From assembly GCA_036005845.1 (NCBI GenBank), contig DASYQD010000124.1, positions 25,024 through 89,023 on the forward strand: a stretch of 64,000 nucleotides of DNA, read 5' to 3'. The notes under the pieces are model-generated. The model worked only from the letters and a program-made list of their open reading frames with translations, was not told the origin of the DNA and did not search any database. A program made the translations under genes and the position numbers. Positions 48,287 to 58,923 of this stretch are shown here, piece after piece. This DNA is from Thermoanaerobaculia bacterium. GTDB lineage: Bacteria; Acidobacteriota; Thermoanaerobaculia; Multivoradales; JAIOJS01. Each line of letters begins with the position of its first letter. The first letter of the stretch is position 1.

Positions 48287-49882
48287 ATGCACACCGAGAC
48301 GACGCCACCACCGTCTTGTCCGTCCCGCGACGTCGAAGGCGCGCCCGTCGACGCGCTCCAGGGACGGCCCGAGATGGCCGAGGCGCTGGTCCGCAGCAGC
48401 CTCGACGGCATCATCAGCATCGACCGTTCGGGCCGGGTGCGGGTGTGGAACCCGGCGATGGAGCAGCTCAGCGGTCTCGTCGGCGCGACCTGTGTCGGTG
48501 CTCCGCTCGAGAGCGTGCTCGAACGGCTCGGCGCGCCCGACCTGCTGCCCTACTTCCGCCGCGCGCTGGCGGGAGAGAAGGTGGCGGCGCCGCGGCGCCA
48601 TCTGGCGCGCCCCGACGGCGGCGAGCTGACGCTCGAAGGGCACTATGCGCCGGTGCTCGACGCCGGCGGCACGATCGGCGGCGCGCTCTGCGTGGTGCGC
48701 GACGTCAGCGCGCAGGAGCAGCTCGAGGAGCAGCTCTTGCAGGCGCAGAAGATCGAGGCGGTCGGCCAGCTCGCCGGCGGCGTCGCCCACGACTTCAACA
48801 ATCTGCTGACCGTCATCCTCGGCTACTGCGAGCTGGCCGAGCTGCGGGTGGAGGAGAGCTCCGGCGTGCGCGGCGACCTGGGCGAGATCCGCCGCGCCGC
48901 CGCGCGCGCCGCGGCGCTGACGCGCCAGCTCCTCGCCTTCTCGCGCAAGCAGGTGCTGCAGCCGGAGGTGGTCTCTCCCAACGACGAGGTGCGCGAGCTC
49001 GAGCAGATGCTGCGCCGACTGATCGCCGAGAACGTCGAGCTCAGCACCAGTCTGGCGCCCGATGCCGGCCGCGTGCTGGTGGACCGCAACCAGCTCCACC
49101 AGGTGCTGGTCAACCTGCTGGTCAACGCGCGCGACGCCATGCCCGGCGGTGGGCGGCTGCTCATCGAGACGCGCAACCGCGAGCTCGACGACGCCTACGC
49201 GCAGGTGCACCCCGGCGCGCGGCCGGGCTCGTACGTGATGATCGCGGTGAGCGACACCGGCACCGGCATGGACGAATCGGTGCGCAGCCGGATCTTCGAG
49301 CCGTTCTTCACCACCAAGGAGCGCGGCAAGGGCACCGGGCTCGGGTTGTCGATGGTCTACGGCGTCGTCAAGCAGAGCGGCGGCTACATCTGGGTCTACA
49401 GCGAGCCGGGCCACGGCACCACCTTCAAGCTCTTCCTGCCGCGCGTCGACACGGCGGCGGAGGCGCGCCAGGCGCCGGCGCCCAGCCGCGACGCGCTCGA
49501 GGGCGGCGAGGCGGTGCTGGTGGCGGAGGACGAAGAGGTGGTGCGCGGCCTCGTCGTGCGTCTCCTCGAGCTGCGCGGCTACCGTGTCGTGGAAGCCGAC
49601 CGCGGCGAAACGGCGCTGGCGGCGGCCGCGGCCACGTCCGACCTGGAGCTCCTGATCACCGATGTGGTGATGCCCGACATGAGCGGCCGTGAGCTTGCCG
49701 ACCGGCTGCGGCGCCTGCGGCCCGGCCTCAAGGTGCTGTTCGTCTCCGGCTACACCGACGAGTCGATCGCCAACCACGGCGTGCTCGATCCCGGCGTCGA
49801 GCTGCTCGAGAAGCCGTTCACCGCCGACGTGCTGGCGCGCCGGGTGCGGGCAATCCTCGACGGGGCCGACGAGCCGCGTTAG
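48287..49882 (+). CDS. PAS-domain hybrid sensor histidine kinase / response regulator
   Basis: A PAS domain is followed by HisKA (H-box [14 protein letters not shown]), HATPase_c (N-box [10 protein letters not shown]; G-boxes DTGTGMD, GTGLGLS) and a REC domain ([13 protein letters not shown]...KPF). Confidence 0.85.
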   Translation: MHTETTPPPSCPSRDVEGAPVDALQGRPEMAEALVRSSLDGIISIDRSGRVRVWNPAMEQLSGLVGATCVGAPLESVLERLGAPDLLPYFRRALAGEKVAAPRRHLARPDGGELTLEGHYAPVLDAGGTIGGALCVVRDVSAQEQLEEQLLQAQKIEAVGQLAGGVAHDFNNLLTVILGYCELAELRVEESSGVRGDLGEIRRAAARAAALTRQLLAFSRKQVLQPEVVSPNDEVRELEQMLRRLIAENVELSTSLAPDAGRVLVDRNQLHQVLVNLLVNARDAMPGGGRLLIETRNRELDDAYAQVHPGARPGSYVMIAVSDTGTGMDESVRSRIFEPFFTTKERGKGTGLGLSMVYGVVKQSGGYIWVYSEPGHGTTFKLFLPRVDTAAEARQAPAPSRDALEGGEAVLVAEDEEVVRGLVVRLLELRGYRVVEADRGETALAAAAATSDLELLITDVVMPDMSGRELADRLRRLRPGLKVLFVSGYTDESIANHGVLDPGVELLEKPFTADVLARRVRAILDGADEPR

Positions 49883-49891
49883 CATCGGCGC

Positions 49892-52285
49892 GTGCTGCTC
49901 CACGAGAGCCCTTCCAGCCGCGCCGGCGGCGCCGGCGTGGAGCTGGCGCGCGACGGCATCCTGCGCGATTACCGCATCGCCGTGCGCAGCCGCCAAGTGA
50001 GCTTGCTCGGTCGCCGCGAGGTGCTCACCGGCAAGGCCAAGTTCGGCATCTTCGGCGACGGCAAGGAGGTCGCCCAGCTGGCGATGGCACGCGCCTGGCG
50101 GCCGGGTGACTTCCGCTCGGGCTATTACCGCGACCAGACGCTGATGTTTGCGCTCGAGCTGCTCACCGTCGAGCAGTACTTCGCGCAGCTCTACGCCGAT
50201 CCCGACCCCGAGCACGACCCGCATTCGGCGGGGCGGCAGATGAACGCGCACTTCGCGACACCGCTGCTGTCGGAGGACGGCGAGTGGCTGGCGGCGACAG
50301 AGCGCTTCAACACCTCCGCCGACCTCTCGCCCACCGGCTCGCAAATGCCGCGCCTCGTCGGACTGGCGCAGGCGTCGAAGGTCTACCGCGAGCTGCCGGG
50401 CGCCGCCGACCCGCGCTTCACGCGCAACGGCAACGAGGTCGCCTGGGGCACCATCGGCAACGCCAGTTGCGCCGAGGGGATGTTCTGGGAGTCGGTCAAC
50501 GCCATCGGCGTGATCCAGGGGCCGGCGGTGATCGCGATCTGGGACGACGGCTACGGCATCTCGGTGCCCAACGAGTTCCAGGTCTCGAAGGGCGACCTCT
50601 CGGCGCTGCTCTCCGGCTTCCAGCGCCAGCCCGGACAGCCGGGCGGCTACGACGTCTACACGGTCCGCGGCTGGGACTATCCCGCCCTCGTCGAGACCTT
50701 CCGCGTCGCCGCCGAGACGGCGCGCCGCGAGCACGTGCCGGCCATCGTCCACGTCGTCGAGATGACGCAGCCGCAGGGGCACTCCACCTCCGGCAGCCAC
50801 GAGCGCTACAAGTCGCCCGAGCGGCTGCGCTGGGAGGAGGAGAACGACCCGGTGCAGCGTTTGCGGGGCTGGATGCTGGCCGAGGGGCTGGCCGGCCGCG
50901 AGGAGCTGGACGCGATCGACAGCGAAGAGCTGCGGCTCGTGCGCGAGGCGCAGCGGCGTGCGTGGGAGGAGTTCCAGGCGCCCATCCGCGCCGAGGGTCG
51001 CGAGATGATCGCGCTGCTCGACGAGCTCGCCGCGACGTCGCCGAAGGGCGACGCGTGCAAGGACATCGCGCGTGGGATCGAGCGGCAGGGCACGCTGCTG
51101 CGCCGGCACCTGATGGTCGCGGCCCACGACGCGCTGCTGTTGGTGCGCGATGAGGAGTTGCCCGCGGCCGAGCGGCTGGCGGCATGGCGCGACGAGCAAG
51201 AGCGCGTCAACCTGCGGCGCTACGGCGCGCACCTCTACGCCGAGGGCCAGCGCTCGGCGCTGCACGTCGCCGCGGTGGCGCCGGCGTACGCCGACGATGC
51301 GCCGGTGCTCAACGGCTTCGAGGTGTTGAACGCCTGCTTCGACGCACACTTGCAGCGCGAGCCGCGGCTGCTTGCCTTCGGCGAAGACGTGGGCCGCCTC
51401 GGCGACGTCAACCAGGGGTTCATGGGCCTGCAGGAGAAGTACGGCGCGGTGCGCGTCGGCGACACCGGCATCCGCGAGACCACCATCATGGGCCAGGCGA
51501 TCGGCCTGGCGATGCGCGGGCTGCGGCCGATCGCCGAGATCCAGTACCTCGATTATCTGCTCTATGCGCTGCAGATCCTCTCCGACGACCTGGCGACGCT
51601 GTCGTTCCGCAGCGCCGGCCGGCAGCGCGCGCCGGTCATCGTGCGCACGCGCGGGCACCGGCTCGAAGGGGTGTGGCACTCGGGCTCGCCGATGGGCGGC
51701 ATCCTGCACCTCGTGCGCGGGCTCTGGCTGTGCGTGCCGCGCGACATGACGCGAGCGGCCGGCATGTACAACACGCTGCTGCAGAGCGAGGACCCGGCGA
51801 TCGTCGTCGAGGTGCTCAACGGCTACCGCGTCAAGGAGCGGCTGCCGAGCAACGTCGCCGACTTCACGGTGCCGCTCGGCGTGCCCGAGGTGCTGCGCGC
51901 GGGTAGCGACGTGACGGTGGTGAGCTACGGCGCCACGCTGCGCATCGTGCTCGAGGCGGCGGAGCAGCTCGCGCAGGTGGGCGTCGACGCCGAGGTGATC
52001 GACGTGCAAACGCTGCTGCCGTTCGATCGGCCCGGCGTGATCCGCGAGTCGCTGAAGAAAACGCACCGGCTGCTGGTCGTCGACGAGGACGTGCCGGGTG
52101 GCGCCTCTGCGTACATCGTGCAGAAGGTGCTCGAGGGCGGCGAAGCGTTTTGGTGGCTCGACGCTCCGGCGCGGACGTTGACCGCAAAGGACCACCGGCC
52201 GCCTTATGGTTCGGATGGCGATTACTTTGCGAAGCCGAGCCGCGAAGAAGTGTTCGCGGCGGTGCGTGCGCTGGTCGCGGAGTAA
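49892..52285 (+). CDS. Fused alpha/beta E1 component of a 2-oxo acid dehydrogenase (TPP-dependent)
   Basis: The N-terminal half is E1-alpha-like (TPP-binding GDG...N region). The C-terminal half is E1-beta transketolase-like ([10 protein letters not shown]...; C-terminal domain [18 protein letters not shown]...[11 protein letters not shown]). GTG start. Confidence 0.8.
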   Translation: MLLHESPSSRAGGAGVELARDGILRDYRIAVRSRQVSLLGRREVLTGKAKFGIFGDGKEVAQLAMARAWRPGDFRSGYYRDQTLMFALELLTVEQYFAQLYADPDPEHDPHSAGRQMNAHFATPLLSEDGEWLAATERFNTSADLSPTGSQMPRLVGLAQASKVYRELPGAADPRFTRNGNEVAWGTIGNASCAEGMFWESVNAIGVIQGPAVIAIWDDGYGISVPNEFQVSKGDLSALLSGFQRQPGQPGGYDVYTVRGWDYPALVETFRVAAETARREHVPAIVHVVEMTQPQGHSTSGSHERYKSPERLRWEEENDPVQRLRGWMLAEGLAGREELDAIDSEELRLVREAQRRAWEEFQAPIRAEGREMIALLDELAATSPKGDACKDIARGIERQGTLLRRHLMVAAHDALLLVRDEELPAAERLAAWRDEQERVNLRRYGAHLYAEGQRSALHVAAVAPAYADDAPVLNGFEVLNACFDAHLQREPRLLAFGEDVGRLGDVNQGFMGLQEKYGAVRVGDTGIRETTIMGQAIGLAMRGLRPIAEIQYLDYLLYALQILSDDLATLSFRSAGRQRAPVIVRTRGHRLEGVWHSGSPMGGILHLVRGLWLCVPRDMTRAAGMYNTLLQSEDPAIVVEVLNGYRVKERLPSNVADFTVPLGVPEVLRAGSDVTVVSYGATLRIVLEAAEQLAQVGVDAEVIDVQTLLPFDRPGVIRESLKKTHRLLVVDEDVPGGASAYIVQKVLEGGEAFWWLDAPARTLTAKDHRPPYGSDGDYFAKPSREEVFAAVRALVAE

Positions 52286-52468
52286 GAAGAAGAGCGCCTC
52301 GAGCCGCGGCGACCCGCCACGCACGTGGGCCCCGCCTGCCGGTCGGTATCCCATCCGTGCTCGCTTCGCTGCGCGCGGCTGGGAGCCCTCCGCCCGGCGC
52401 GCCCCATGCGTGGCGGCTCGCCGCGGGATCACGGTCATCGGGCCGCTGCTGCGCCCTATGATCGGAAG

Positions 52469-54055
52469 ATGCTTCTTGCCGATCTGGTGAGTGCCGCCGA
52501 TCGCGTCGCCGCGACCTCGAAGCGGCTGGAGAAGATCGTCATCCTCGGCGAGTTATTGGCGCGGTCGTCGCCGCAAGAGATCGTGATCGCCGCCGCGTTC
52601 GTCACCGGTGCCCCGCGGCAGCGGAGGATCGGTATCGGTCCGGCGTTGCTGCATCAGGTGCGGCCCCCGGCGGCGGCTGCGGCGTCGCTCACGCTGGAAG
52701 AAGTCGACGCTTCGCTGGGCGCCATCGCAGAAGTGAGCGGCAGCGGCTCCGGCGCGGCGCGGGCCGAGATGTTGACGGCGCTGCTCGCGCGCGCGACGGC
52801 GGCGGAGCAGGACTTCCTGCGGCGGCTGTTGTTCGGCGAGCTGCGGCAGGGCGCCCTGGAAGGAGTCGTTGCGGAAGCGGTGGCCAAGGCCGCCGGGATC
52901 TCGAGCGCGGTCGTGCGGCGGGCACTGATGGTCTCGGGCAGCCTCGGCGAGGTCGCCGCGGCGGCGCTGCACGGCGGCGAGGCGGCGTTGAGCGCGCTCG
53001 GCGTCGAGCTCTTCCGGCCGCTGCAGCCGATGCTGGCGCAGACGGCGTCGACGGTGACGGAGGCTCTCGAGCTGCTCGGCGAGGCGAGCCTCGAGGCGAA
53101 GCTCGACGGCGCGCGCGTGCAGGTCCACAAGAGCGGCGGCGACGTGCGCGTCTTCTCGCGGCGGCTCAACGACGTCACCGTCGCCGTGCCCGAGGTGGTC
53201 GAGGCGGTGTCGGCGCTGCCCGCGCGCGAGCTGATCCTCGACGGCGAGGTGATCGCGCTGCGGCCCGACGGCAAGCCGCACCCGTTCCAGGTCACCATGC
53301 GGCGCTTCGGGCGCAAGCTCGACGTCGACGGGCTGCGCGGCGAGCTGCCGCTGTCGCCGTTCTTCTTCGACCTGCTCTGGCTCGACGGCAACAGCCTGCT
53401 CGGCGCGCCGCAGCGCGAGCGCGCGGCGGCGCTCGCGGCGCTGCTGCCGCCGGAGCAACGCGTCGAGCGGCTGGTCACCGCCGACGCGGACGCCGCCGGG
53501 GAGTTCCTGCGCGCGACGCTGGCGCGCGGCCACGAGGGCGTGATGGCGAAGGGGCTCGACTCGCCCTACGAAGCGGGGAGCCGGGGCGCCAGCTGGCTGA
53601 AGATCAAGCAGGCGAAGACGCTCGACCTCGTCATCCTCGGCGTCGAGTGGGGGAGCGGGCGGCGCCAGGGGTGGCTGTCCAACCTCCACCTCGGCGCTCG
53701 CGACGCGGAAGGGGTCTACGCGTCGTCGCCGGCCAACGATCGGCGCCACGCTGCGGGCTGGGTCATGCTCGGCAAGACCTTCAAGGGCCTCACCGACGAG
53801 ATGCTCGCCTGGCAGACCGAGCGCCTGCTCGCCCTCACCACCGAGCGCCACCGGCACGTCGTCTACGTCCGCCCCGAGGTCGTGGTGGAGATCGCCTACA
53901 ACGACCTGCAGGAGAGCCCGCAGTACCCGGCCGGCCTCGCCCTCCGCTTCGCGCGCGTCAAGGGCTACCGCCACGACAAGCGGCCGCAGGACGCCGACAC
54001 CATCGCCACCGTGCGCGATGCGTACACGCGCGCCACAGGCCTGCCGGCGCCGTAG
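52469..54055 (+). CDS. lig: ATP-dependent DNA ligase
   Basis: Adenylation motif I KLDG (EAKLDGARVQVH), motifs III-V (DGEVIA, EGVMAK, WLKIKQ) and an OB-fold C-terminus. Confidence 0.85.
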   Translation: MLLADLVSAADRVAATSKRLEKIVILGELLARSSPQEIVIAAAFVTGAPRQRRIGIGPALLHQVRPPAAAAASLTLEEVDASLGAIAEVSGSGSGAARAEMLTALLARATAAEQDFLRRLLFGELRQGALEGVVAEAVAKAAGISSAVVRRALMVSGSLGEVAAAALHGGEAALSALGVELFRPLQPMLAQTASTVTEALELLGEASLEAKLDGARVQVHKSGGDVRVFSRRLNDVTVAVPEVVEAVSALPARELILDGEVIALRPDGKPHPFQVTMRRFGRKLDVDGLRGELPLSPFFFDLLWLDGNSLLGAPQRERAAALAALLPPEQRVERLVTADADAAGEFLRATLARGHEGVMAKGLDSPYEAGSRGASWLKIKQAKTLDLVILGVEWGSGRRQGWLSNLHLGARDAEGVYASSPANDRRHAAGWVMLGKTFKGLTDEMLAWQTERLLALTTERHRHVVYVRPEVVVEIAYNDLQESPQYPAGLALRFARVKGYRHDKRPQDADTIATVRDAYTRATGLPAP

Positions 54056-54056
54056 G

Positions 54057-54611
54057 TCAGCCAAGCGAGCGCAGCAGCGCGGCGGCGCGCAGGATCGCCA
54101 CCGTCGACTTGGCGTCGACGAGCTCGCCATCGAGGGCGCGGCGCTCGGCCTCCGCGAGCGGCACGCGCTCTACGGCGAGCACCTCGTCGGCTTCGAGCCG
54201 CTGCTCCGTCGGCACGAGATCGGTCGCCAGGAAGAGCCAGATGCGCTCGTCGCAGAAGCCGGGCGAGACGAAGATGGAGCCGAGCTCGCGCAGCGTCGCG
54301 GCGCGCACGCCGGCCTCCTCCTCGAGCTCGCGGCGCGCGCACGAGGCGGGGTCTTCGCCCGCCGACAGCTTGCCGGCGGGGACCTCGAGCAGCCAGCCGC
54401 CGACGGTGTGGCGGTACTGCCGCACCATGAGCAGCGAGCCATCGCCGTCGAGCGCCACCACCGCCGCGGCGCCGGGATGATGCACGACGTCGAGCTCGAC
54501 CTGATGACCGTTGGGCAGCTCGACGCGCTCGCTGCGCACTTCGACGGTGCGGCCTTCATAGCGCACGCGGCTCTCGAGCGTGCGGCCGCGAGCTCCGGGG
54601 CCGGCCGCCAC
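54057..54611 (-). CDS. NUDIX hydrolase (ADP-ribose pyrophosphatase-like)
   Basis: Nudix box GKLSAGEDPASCARRELEEEAGV. GTG start at 54611, chosen to drop the Arg-rich leader. It shares 1 nt with the sspB stop. Confidence 0.7.
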   Translation of the reverse strand: MAAGPGARGRTLESRVRYEGRTVEVRSERVELPNGHQVELDVVHHPGAAAVVALDGDGSLLMVRQYRHTVGGWLLEVPAGKLSAGEDPASCARRELEEEAGVRAATLRELGSIFVSPGFCDERIWLFLATDLVPTEQRLEADEVLAVERVPLAEAERRALDGELVDAKSTVAILRAAALLRSLG

Positions 54612-55135
54612 TAGTCGCTGCGCCGGTCGCGGGGCCGGCCGAAGGAGAGAACCTTCGCGCCGTCCGTATCCTCGCCGCTCTCTGCCGAGTCGGCGGCAAC
54701 GTCGCGCTCCGGCGGCACGTCGGGCACCGGCCGCGGCACCGCGGCGAGCCCGCTCCGCTGCGCTGCGGCGCCAGAAAGCGCCGGCATGTCGAAGCGCAGC
54801 CCGAATTCGGCGGTGGGGTCGAAGAAGGCGACGACCGCGTCCCACGGCACGACGAGGCGGGCGGGCATGCCGTCGAAGCGCAGCGTCACCGCGAAGCCGT
54901 CGTCGTCGACGGTGAGATCGCGGAACTGGTGCTGGAGGACGACGGTGATCTCTTCCGGGAAGCGCTGGCGCAGGAAGGGCGGCACCTGGGTGCCGGGGTG
55001 GTCGGTGCGCAGGCTGAGGTAGAAGTGATGCTCGCCCGGCAGCCCCTCGCACACGGTGCGCTCGAGCACGACCCGCACCACCGAGCGTAGCGCGCGCTGC
55101 AGCAGCGCGCCGTAGTCGATCTCGCTCTCCGCCAT
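54611..55135 (-). CDS. sspB: ClpXP adaptor / stringent starvation protein B
   Basis: The N-terminal SspB fold sequence (DYGALLQRALRSVVRVVLERT...GEHHFYLSLRTDHPG...) and the acidic, disordered C-terminal tail are both typical of SspB. Confidence 0.7.
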   Translation of the reverse strand: MAESEIDYGALLQRALRSVVRVVLERTVCEGLPGEHHFYLSLRTDHPGTQVPPFLRQRFPEEITVVLQHQFRDLTVDDDGFAVTLRFDGMPARLVVPWDAVVAFFDPTAEFGLRFDMPALSGAAAQRSGLAAVPRPVPDVPPERDVAADSAESGEDTDGAKVLSFGRPRDRRSD

Positions 55136-55221
55136 CCCTACCGCGATGCTACCGCACGCGTGCTACCCTAATTGCCCGCACATCACGCATCGTTCCCAGC
55201 AACAGACTCAGCAAGGAGATC

Positions 55222-55968
55222 GTGTCCATGGTGCAGCCCCAGTCCGTGCCGCCGCAGAAGAAGGGAATGAGCGTCTGGGCGTGGGTGGCAATCGGATGCG
55301 TCGGCATCCTCGTCGTCTGCGGCGTCGGCTTCGGTGCCCTCACCTGGTGGGGCTACCACAAGGCCAAGTCGGTGGTTGCCGAGTACAAGGACCACCCAGG
55401 CTTGGCGGCGGTGAAGATGATCACCGCTGCGAACCCCGATCTCGAGCTGGTGAGCAGCGACGAGGCGAACGGCAAGGTGACCATCAAGAACAAGAAGACG
55501 GGCGAGGTGGTCACCCTCAACATGGCCGACATCCAGAACGGCAAGATCAGCTTCGACAGCGCGCAGGGCCACTCGAGCATGAGCTTCGACCAGAACGCCG
55601 GCAAGCTGGAGGTGCAGGGCGCTAACGGCCAGACCGCTTCCTTCGGCGCTTCCGCGCAGCTCCCGAGCTGGGTGCCGGCTTACCCCGGGGCGGCGCCCGA
55701 GGGCGTCTACGCGGCCGAGGACGGGACGCAGCGGGGCGGCACCTTCGGCCTCACCACCGGCGACGGCGTGACGCAGGTGTTCGACTTCTACAAGTCGCAG
55801 CTCGAAGGCGCCGGCTTCAAGGTCAACGTGACGAAGTATTCCGGCACCGGCGGCGACGGCGGCATGGTGGTGGGTGAGAGCAACGACGGCAAGCGCACCG
55901 TCACCTTCACCATCGGCGCCGAGTCGGGCAAGACGCGCGTCGCCGGCGTGTACAGCGAGAAGAAGTAA
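55222..55968 (+). CDS. Hypothetical membrane-anchored protein
   Basis: N-terminal TM helix (VWAWVAIGCVGILVVCGVGFGALTWWGY) followed by a Gly/Ser-rich beta domain. Confidence 0.5.
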   Translation: MSMVQPQSVPPQKKGMSVWAWVAIGCVGILVVCGVGFGALTWWGYHKAKSVVAEYKDHPGLAAVKMITAANPDLELVSSDEANGKVTIKNKKTGEVVTLNMADIQNGKISFDSAQGHSSMSFDQNAGKLEVQGANGQTASFGASAQLPSWVPAYPGAAPEGVYAAEDGTQRGGTFGLTTGDGVTQVFDFYKSQLEGAGFKVNVTKYSGTGGDGGMVVGESNDGKRTVTFTIGAESGKTRVAGVYSEKK

Positions 55969-55995
55969 CCTCGGCCCAGATCGCGGCACGGAACG

Positions 55996-56022
55996 GCGGC
56001 GGGCATAGGCCCGCCGCTTTCG
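55996..56022 (+). terminator. Rho-independent terminator candidate
   Basis: 9-bp GC stem (gcggcgggc/gcccgccgc) with a 4-nt loop, followed by tttcgtct. Confidence 0.5.
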
Positions 56023-56086
56023 TCTGCGGGCATCGAGATCGCTTCGTCGCTCCGCTCCTCGCGATACGCCCGCGCCTTCGCGCGGG

Positions 56087-57028
56087 CTACGGCAGCGCAG
56101 TGAGCAGCACCACCAGGGCGCGGTCGTTGCCGTTGAGCTTCGAGGTGCCCACCACCACCGTCTCGCCTTTGCGGATGGAGAAGGAGGTGGAGAGGAGGTT
56201 CTCGGCGACGGTCGGCGGCGGCGTGATCGCGGCCGGCGGGGCCGGATTCGCGGGCGCGACGGCGTTCTCGGCGCGCATCGGCGCAGCGGTCGTCGCCGCG
56301 GAAGTCGGCGCGCCGCCTGGCGCCGGCGTCCGTCGCGGCAGCGCGGCGCCGGCGGAGAAGCCGGGCTGCGCGGCGAGCGCGACGAGGATCGGCTCGGCGG
56401 GCACCAGCCGCAACCGGAAGCCTTCGACGAGCAGCTCGGCGCCCGGCTTGCGCGCGTCGCCGCGGAAGGCGAGCTCGAGCTCGTAGGAGAAGTCCTCGTC
56501 GCTCGCCACCGTCACCCGTGCGTCGTGGGTGGTGCGCACGAATGCCACCGGCGCCAGCAGGTCGAAGCGGCCGTAAGGAAGGAAGTCGGCGACGTCGGCG
56601 AGCGCCTTGCGCGCCGAGGCGGGCAGCCCTTCCGGCAGTCCAGGCGTGCCGCCGGCGCCGCGGTGCGCCTCGAGCAGGACGAGCTGGAAGGCCTGCGCGG
56701 CGGGCGGCAGGTCGGCGGCCTGCAGCGCCTTGGCGATCGCGGTCTGCGTCGCCGCGTCGGCGATCACGTGCAGCTCGTAAGGTCCGAGCGGGATCATGTC
56801 GCAGCGGCCCTCGGCCGGGCAGAGCTCCTGGCCGACGGTGACCGCATCGGAGGCGGCGAGGAAGCGCAGCTTGTAGCGGCGGTCGACCGCGTGGTCGGCG
56901 GCTTGTGCCGATGCGGACGATGCGATGGCGAGCGCCGGAGCGACGACGAAGGCGGCGACGGCGAGCGCGCGGCGCAGGCGCGCGCGGCGCGCGGAGCGGG
57001 TGGCGGAGAGGACGGCAGCGGTGGTCAT
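56087..57028 (-). CDS. Secreted hypothetical protein (third gene of an ECF sigma / anti-sigma unit)
   Basis: The internal ATG at 57028 gives a signal peptide (MTTAAVLSATRSARRARLRRALAVAAFVVAPALAIASSASAQA). The ORF-track N-terminal 223 aa are Arg/Pro-rich and implausible. Confidence 0.5.
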   Translation of the reverse strand: MTTAAVLSATRSARRARLRRALAVAAFVVAPALAIASSASAQAADHAVDRRYKLRFLAASDAVTVGQELCPAEGRCDMIPLGPYELHVIADAATQTAIAKALQAADLPPAAQAFQLVLLEAHRGAGGTPGLPEGLPASARKALADVADFLPYGRFDLLAPVAFVRTTHDARVTVASDEDFSYELELAFRGDARKPGAELLVEGFRLRLVPAEPILVALAAQPGFSAGAALPRRTPAPGGAPTSAATTAAPMRAENAVAPANPAPPAAITPPPTVAENLLSTSFSIRKGETVVVGTSKLNGNDRALVVLLTALP

Positions 57029-57056
57029 CGTTGGTCTCCTTGGGACGTGTCGGCGG

Positions 57057-57734
57057 TCAGCGGCCGCTCGGATCGGTGAGGAGCCAGACGATCCTCGTCC
57101 CGCCGGGTGCCGTGAGCTGGAGTTGGTAGGGCTGTTGCGGTTCGCTCGCCGGCCGAACGGCGGCAACACTTTCGACGGGAGCGACGTCACTGGGCGCGAC
57201 GGCCGTGGACGGCGGATGGATCGCGGCGAGCGTCGTCGAGTCGATCGCGCGCGGAGCGTGTTGTCCGCTGCCGGAGGTGCCGCTGGGCGTGTGCAGACCG
57301 GCTCTGTGGTCTGCGCCCATAGGCGCTGGCGAGGATGCCGCGGGCGAGGACGGCGAGCCCGCGGTTCCATGCAGCGCCGCGAGCGCCTGGCTCGCGTCCG
57401 GCGACGACGTCGTCTCGCCGAGCCGTGGTGGCTGAACACCGGCGCGCGCGACGTCGGCGTGCCGCGAGGACGAGGCCGTGCGCACGTCGTGCGGCGACGA
57501 CCGACGTCGAGCATCAAAACGCGACAGCGCGACCCCGGCGACGACGGCCGCCACCGCGGCGGCGAATGCCAGCGCGTACGCGGGACGCGCGAGCCGCGGC
57601 CGCGCGTCGCTCTTCGCCGCGGCGAGCATCGCACGCCGCAGCCGCTGCACCTCGCCGGCGCCGAGCTCGCCGGCATCGGGCGCCGGATCGGCCTCACGCA
57701 GCAGCTGCCGCAGCCGTTCGTTTCGTGACTTCAT
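57057..57734 (-). CDS. Putative membrane anti-sigma factor
   Basis: The ATG overlaps the upstream sigma stop (ATGA). A short cytoplasmic N-terminus is followed by one TM helix (AYALAFAAAVAAVVAGVAL) and a Ser/Pro-rich extracytoplasmic region. Confidence 0.5.
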   Translation of the reverse strand: MKSRNERLRQLLREADPAPDAGELGAGEVQRLRRAMLAAAKSDARPRLARPAYALAFAAAVAAVVAGVALSRFDARRRSSPHDVRTASSSRHADVARAGVQPPRLGETTSSPDASQALAALHGTAGSPSSPAASSPAPMGADHRAGLHTPSGTSGSGQHAPRAIDSTTLAAIHPPSTAVAPSDVAPVESVAAVRPASEPQQPYQLQLTAPGGTRIVWLLTDPSGR

Positions 57735-58315
57735 CGCATCTCCTTGCCGCCGGCGTCGGCGGCCATCAGCACCTTCGCCAGCTCGCGGCGCGCACGCGAC
57801 AGGTGCCAGCGCACCGTCACCGCGCGCGTGCCGAGCAGCGCCGCGATCTCCGCCGCCGTGCGCCCCTCGATCTCGTGCAGCACGACGACGGCGCGCCGGC
57901 GTGGCGACAGCGCCAACAGAGCCGTCCGCACCGACCAGCGCGCCAGCCGCGCCGCCTCGCCGTCGCCCGCGGCCACCTCGCGCGGCATCGGCGCCGCGTG
58001 GGCCCGGCGCACCGCACGGCGCCGGTGGCGGTCGCGGCAGAGGTTGATCGCGACCCGCACCAGCCATGCCTCCGCCGCGGGCTCCTCGTCGGGCACGCGT
58101 GCCGCGGCGCTGGCCGCGCGCAGGAAGGTCTCCTGCACGAGGTCGCGCGCCTCTTCGGCATCGCACAGCAGCCGCAGGCCGAGCCGGTACAGCCGGCGGT
58201 GGTGCGCGTCGAAGAGGCCGCCGAGCCGCGCCGTGGCGTCATTCCGCGCCGCCGCCGCGACATCGGCACCGGCGGCGGTCAGCGGCAGCTCCTGCACGAG
58301 GGTCGTCGCATGCAC
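57731..58315 (-). CDS. ECF-type RNA polymerase sigma factor
   Basis: Region 2 (LVQETFLRAASAAARVPDEEPAAEAWLVRVAINLCRDRHRRR) and region 4 (LSPRRRAVVVLHEIEGRTAAEIAALLGTRAVTVRWHLSRARREL). Confidence 0.8.
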   Translation of the reverse strand: MHATTLVQELPLTAAGADVAAAARNDATARLGGLFDAHHRRLYRLGLRLLCDAEEARDLVQETFLRAASAAARVPDEEPAAEAWLVRVAINLCRDRHRRRAVRRAHAAPMPREVAAGDGEAARLARWSVRTALLALSPRRRAVVVLHEIEGRTAAEIAALLGTRAVTVRWHLSRARRELAKVLMAADAGGKEMR

Positions 58316-58381
58316 ACCGATGAAGACGCACGAGCGGGCGTTTGCGTTGGGGCCCGCGTAGACACTGTTATGGTCCGCCGC

Positions 58382-58897
58382 ATGTCACCACGATCGATCC
58401 GCCTCGCCGCGCTCGCCGCGGCGGCGGTGGCCGTCTGGCTGGGCTGGAGCTGGTGGCACTCGACCGAGCGCCGCATCTACCGGCGGCTCGATGCGCTCGT
58501 CAGCCGGCTCGAGAAGGACGGCGACGAGTCGGCGCTCGCCGGCGCCGCGACGGCTCACGGCGTGCTCGACTTCTTCGCGCCGGGCTTCATCGTCCGCGCC
58601 CGCCCCTACGAGGCCGAACTGCGCGACCCGCAGGAGCTGATGGGCGCCGTGATGCGCTTCCGCGGCGCCGCGCGGCACGTCGACGTCGAGATCTCCGACC
58701 GCCATCTCACCCTCGGGCCCGGCGAGCGCAGCGGCGAGCTGGTCTTTCTCGCCGCCGTGACGCTCGACCGCGGCGGCGGCCCGGCGCGCGAGAGCTGGCG
58801 CGTGCGCTCGCTGTGGATCGAGGATGGCGGCGAGTGGCGGATCGCCGAGCTCGAGCTGTTGCAACGGGTCGAGGGCGGCGCCGGTCTCGGCTTCTGA
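58382..58897 (+). CDS. Hypothetical membrane-anchored protein
   Basis: N-terminal TM helix (IRLAALAAAAVAVWLGWSWW). The remainder is a small alpha+beta domain. An alternative ATG lies at 58370. Confidence 0.45.
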   Translation: MSPRSIRLAALAAAAVAVWLGWSWWHSTERRIYRRLDALVSRLEKDGDESALAGAATAHGVLDFFAPGFIVRARPYEAELRDPQELMGAVMRFRGAARHVDVEISDRHLTLGPGERSGELVFLAAVTLDRGGGPARESWRVRSLWIEDGGEWRIAELELLQRVEGGAGLGF

Positions 58898-58923
58898 CGC
58901 CGTCGGCTTCTAATGCGGAGGCG

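Noticed and set aside
48272-52438. 1388-aa minus-strand ORF opposite the histidine kinase and E1 genes
   Set aside because: It is antisense to two strongly supported plus-strand genes and has no motifs.
54057-55052. Full 331-aa extent of the NUDIX ORF in the track
   Set aside because: The N-terminal ~147 codons are Arg/Pro-rich and overlap sspB in another frame. The NUDIX domain begins near the GTG at 54611.
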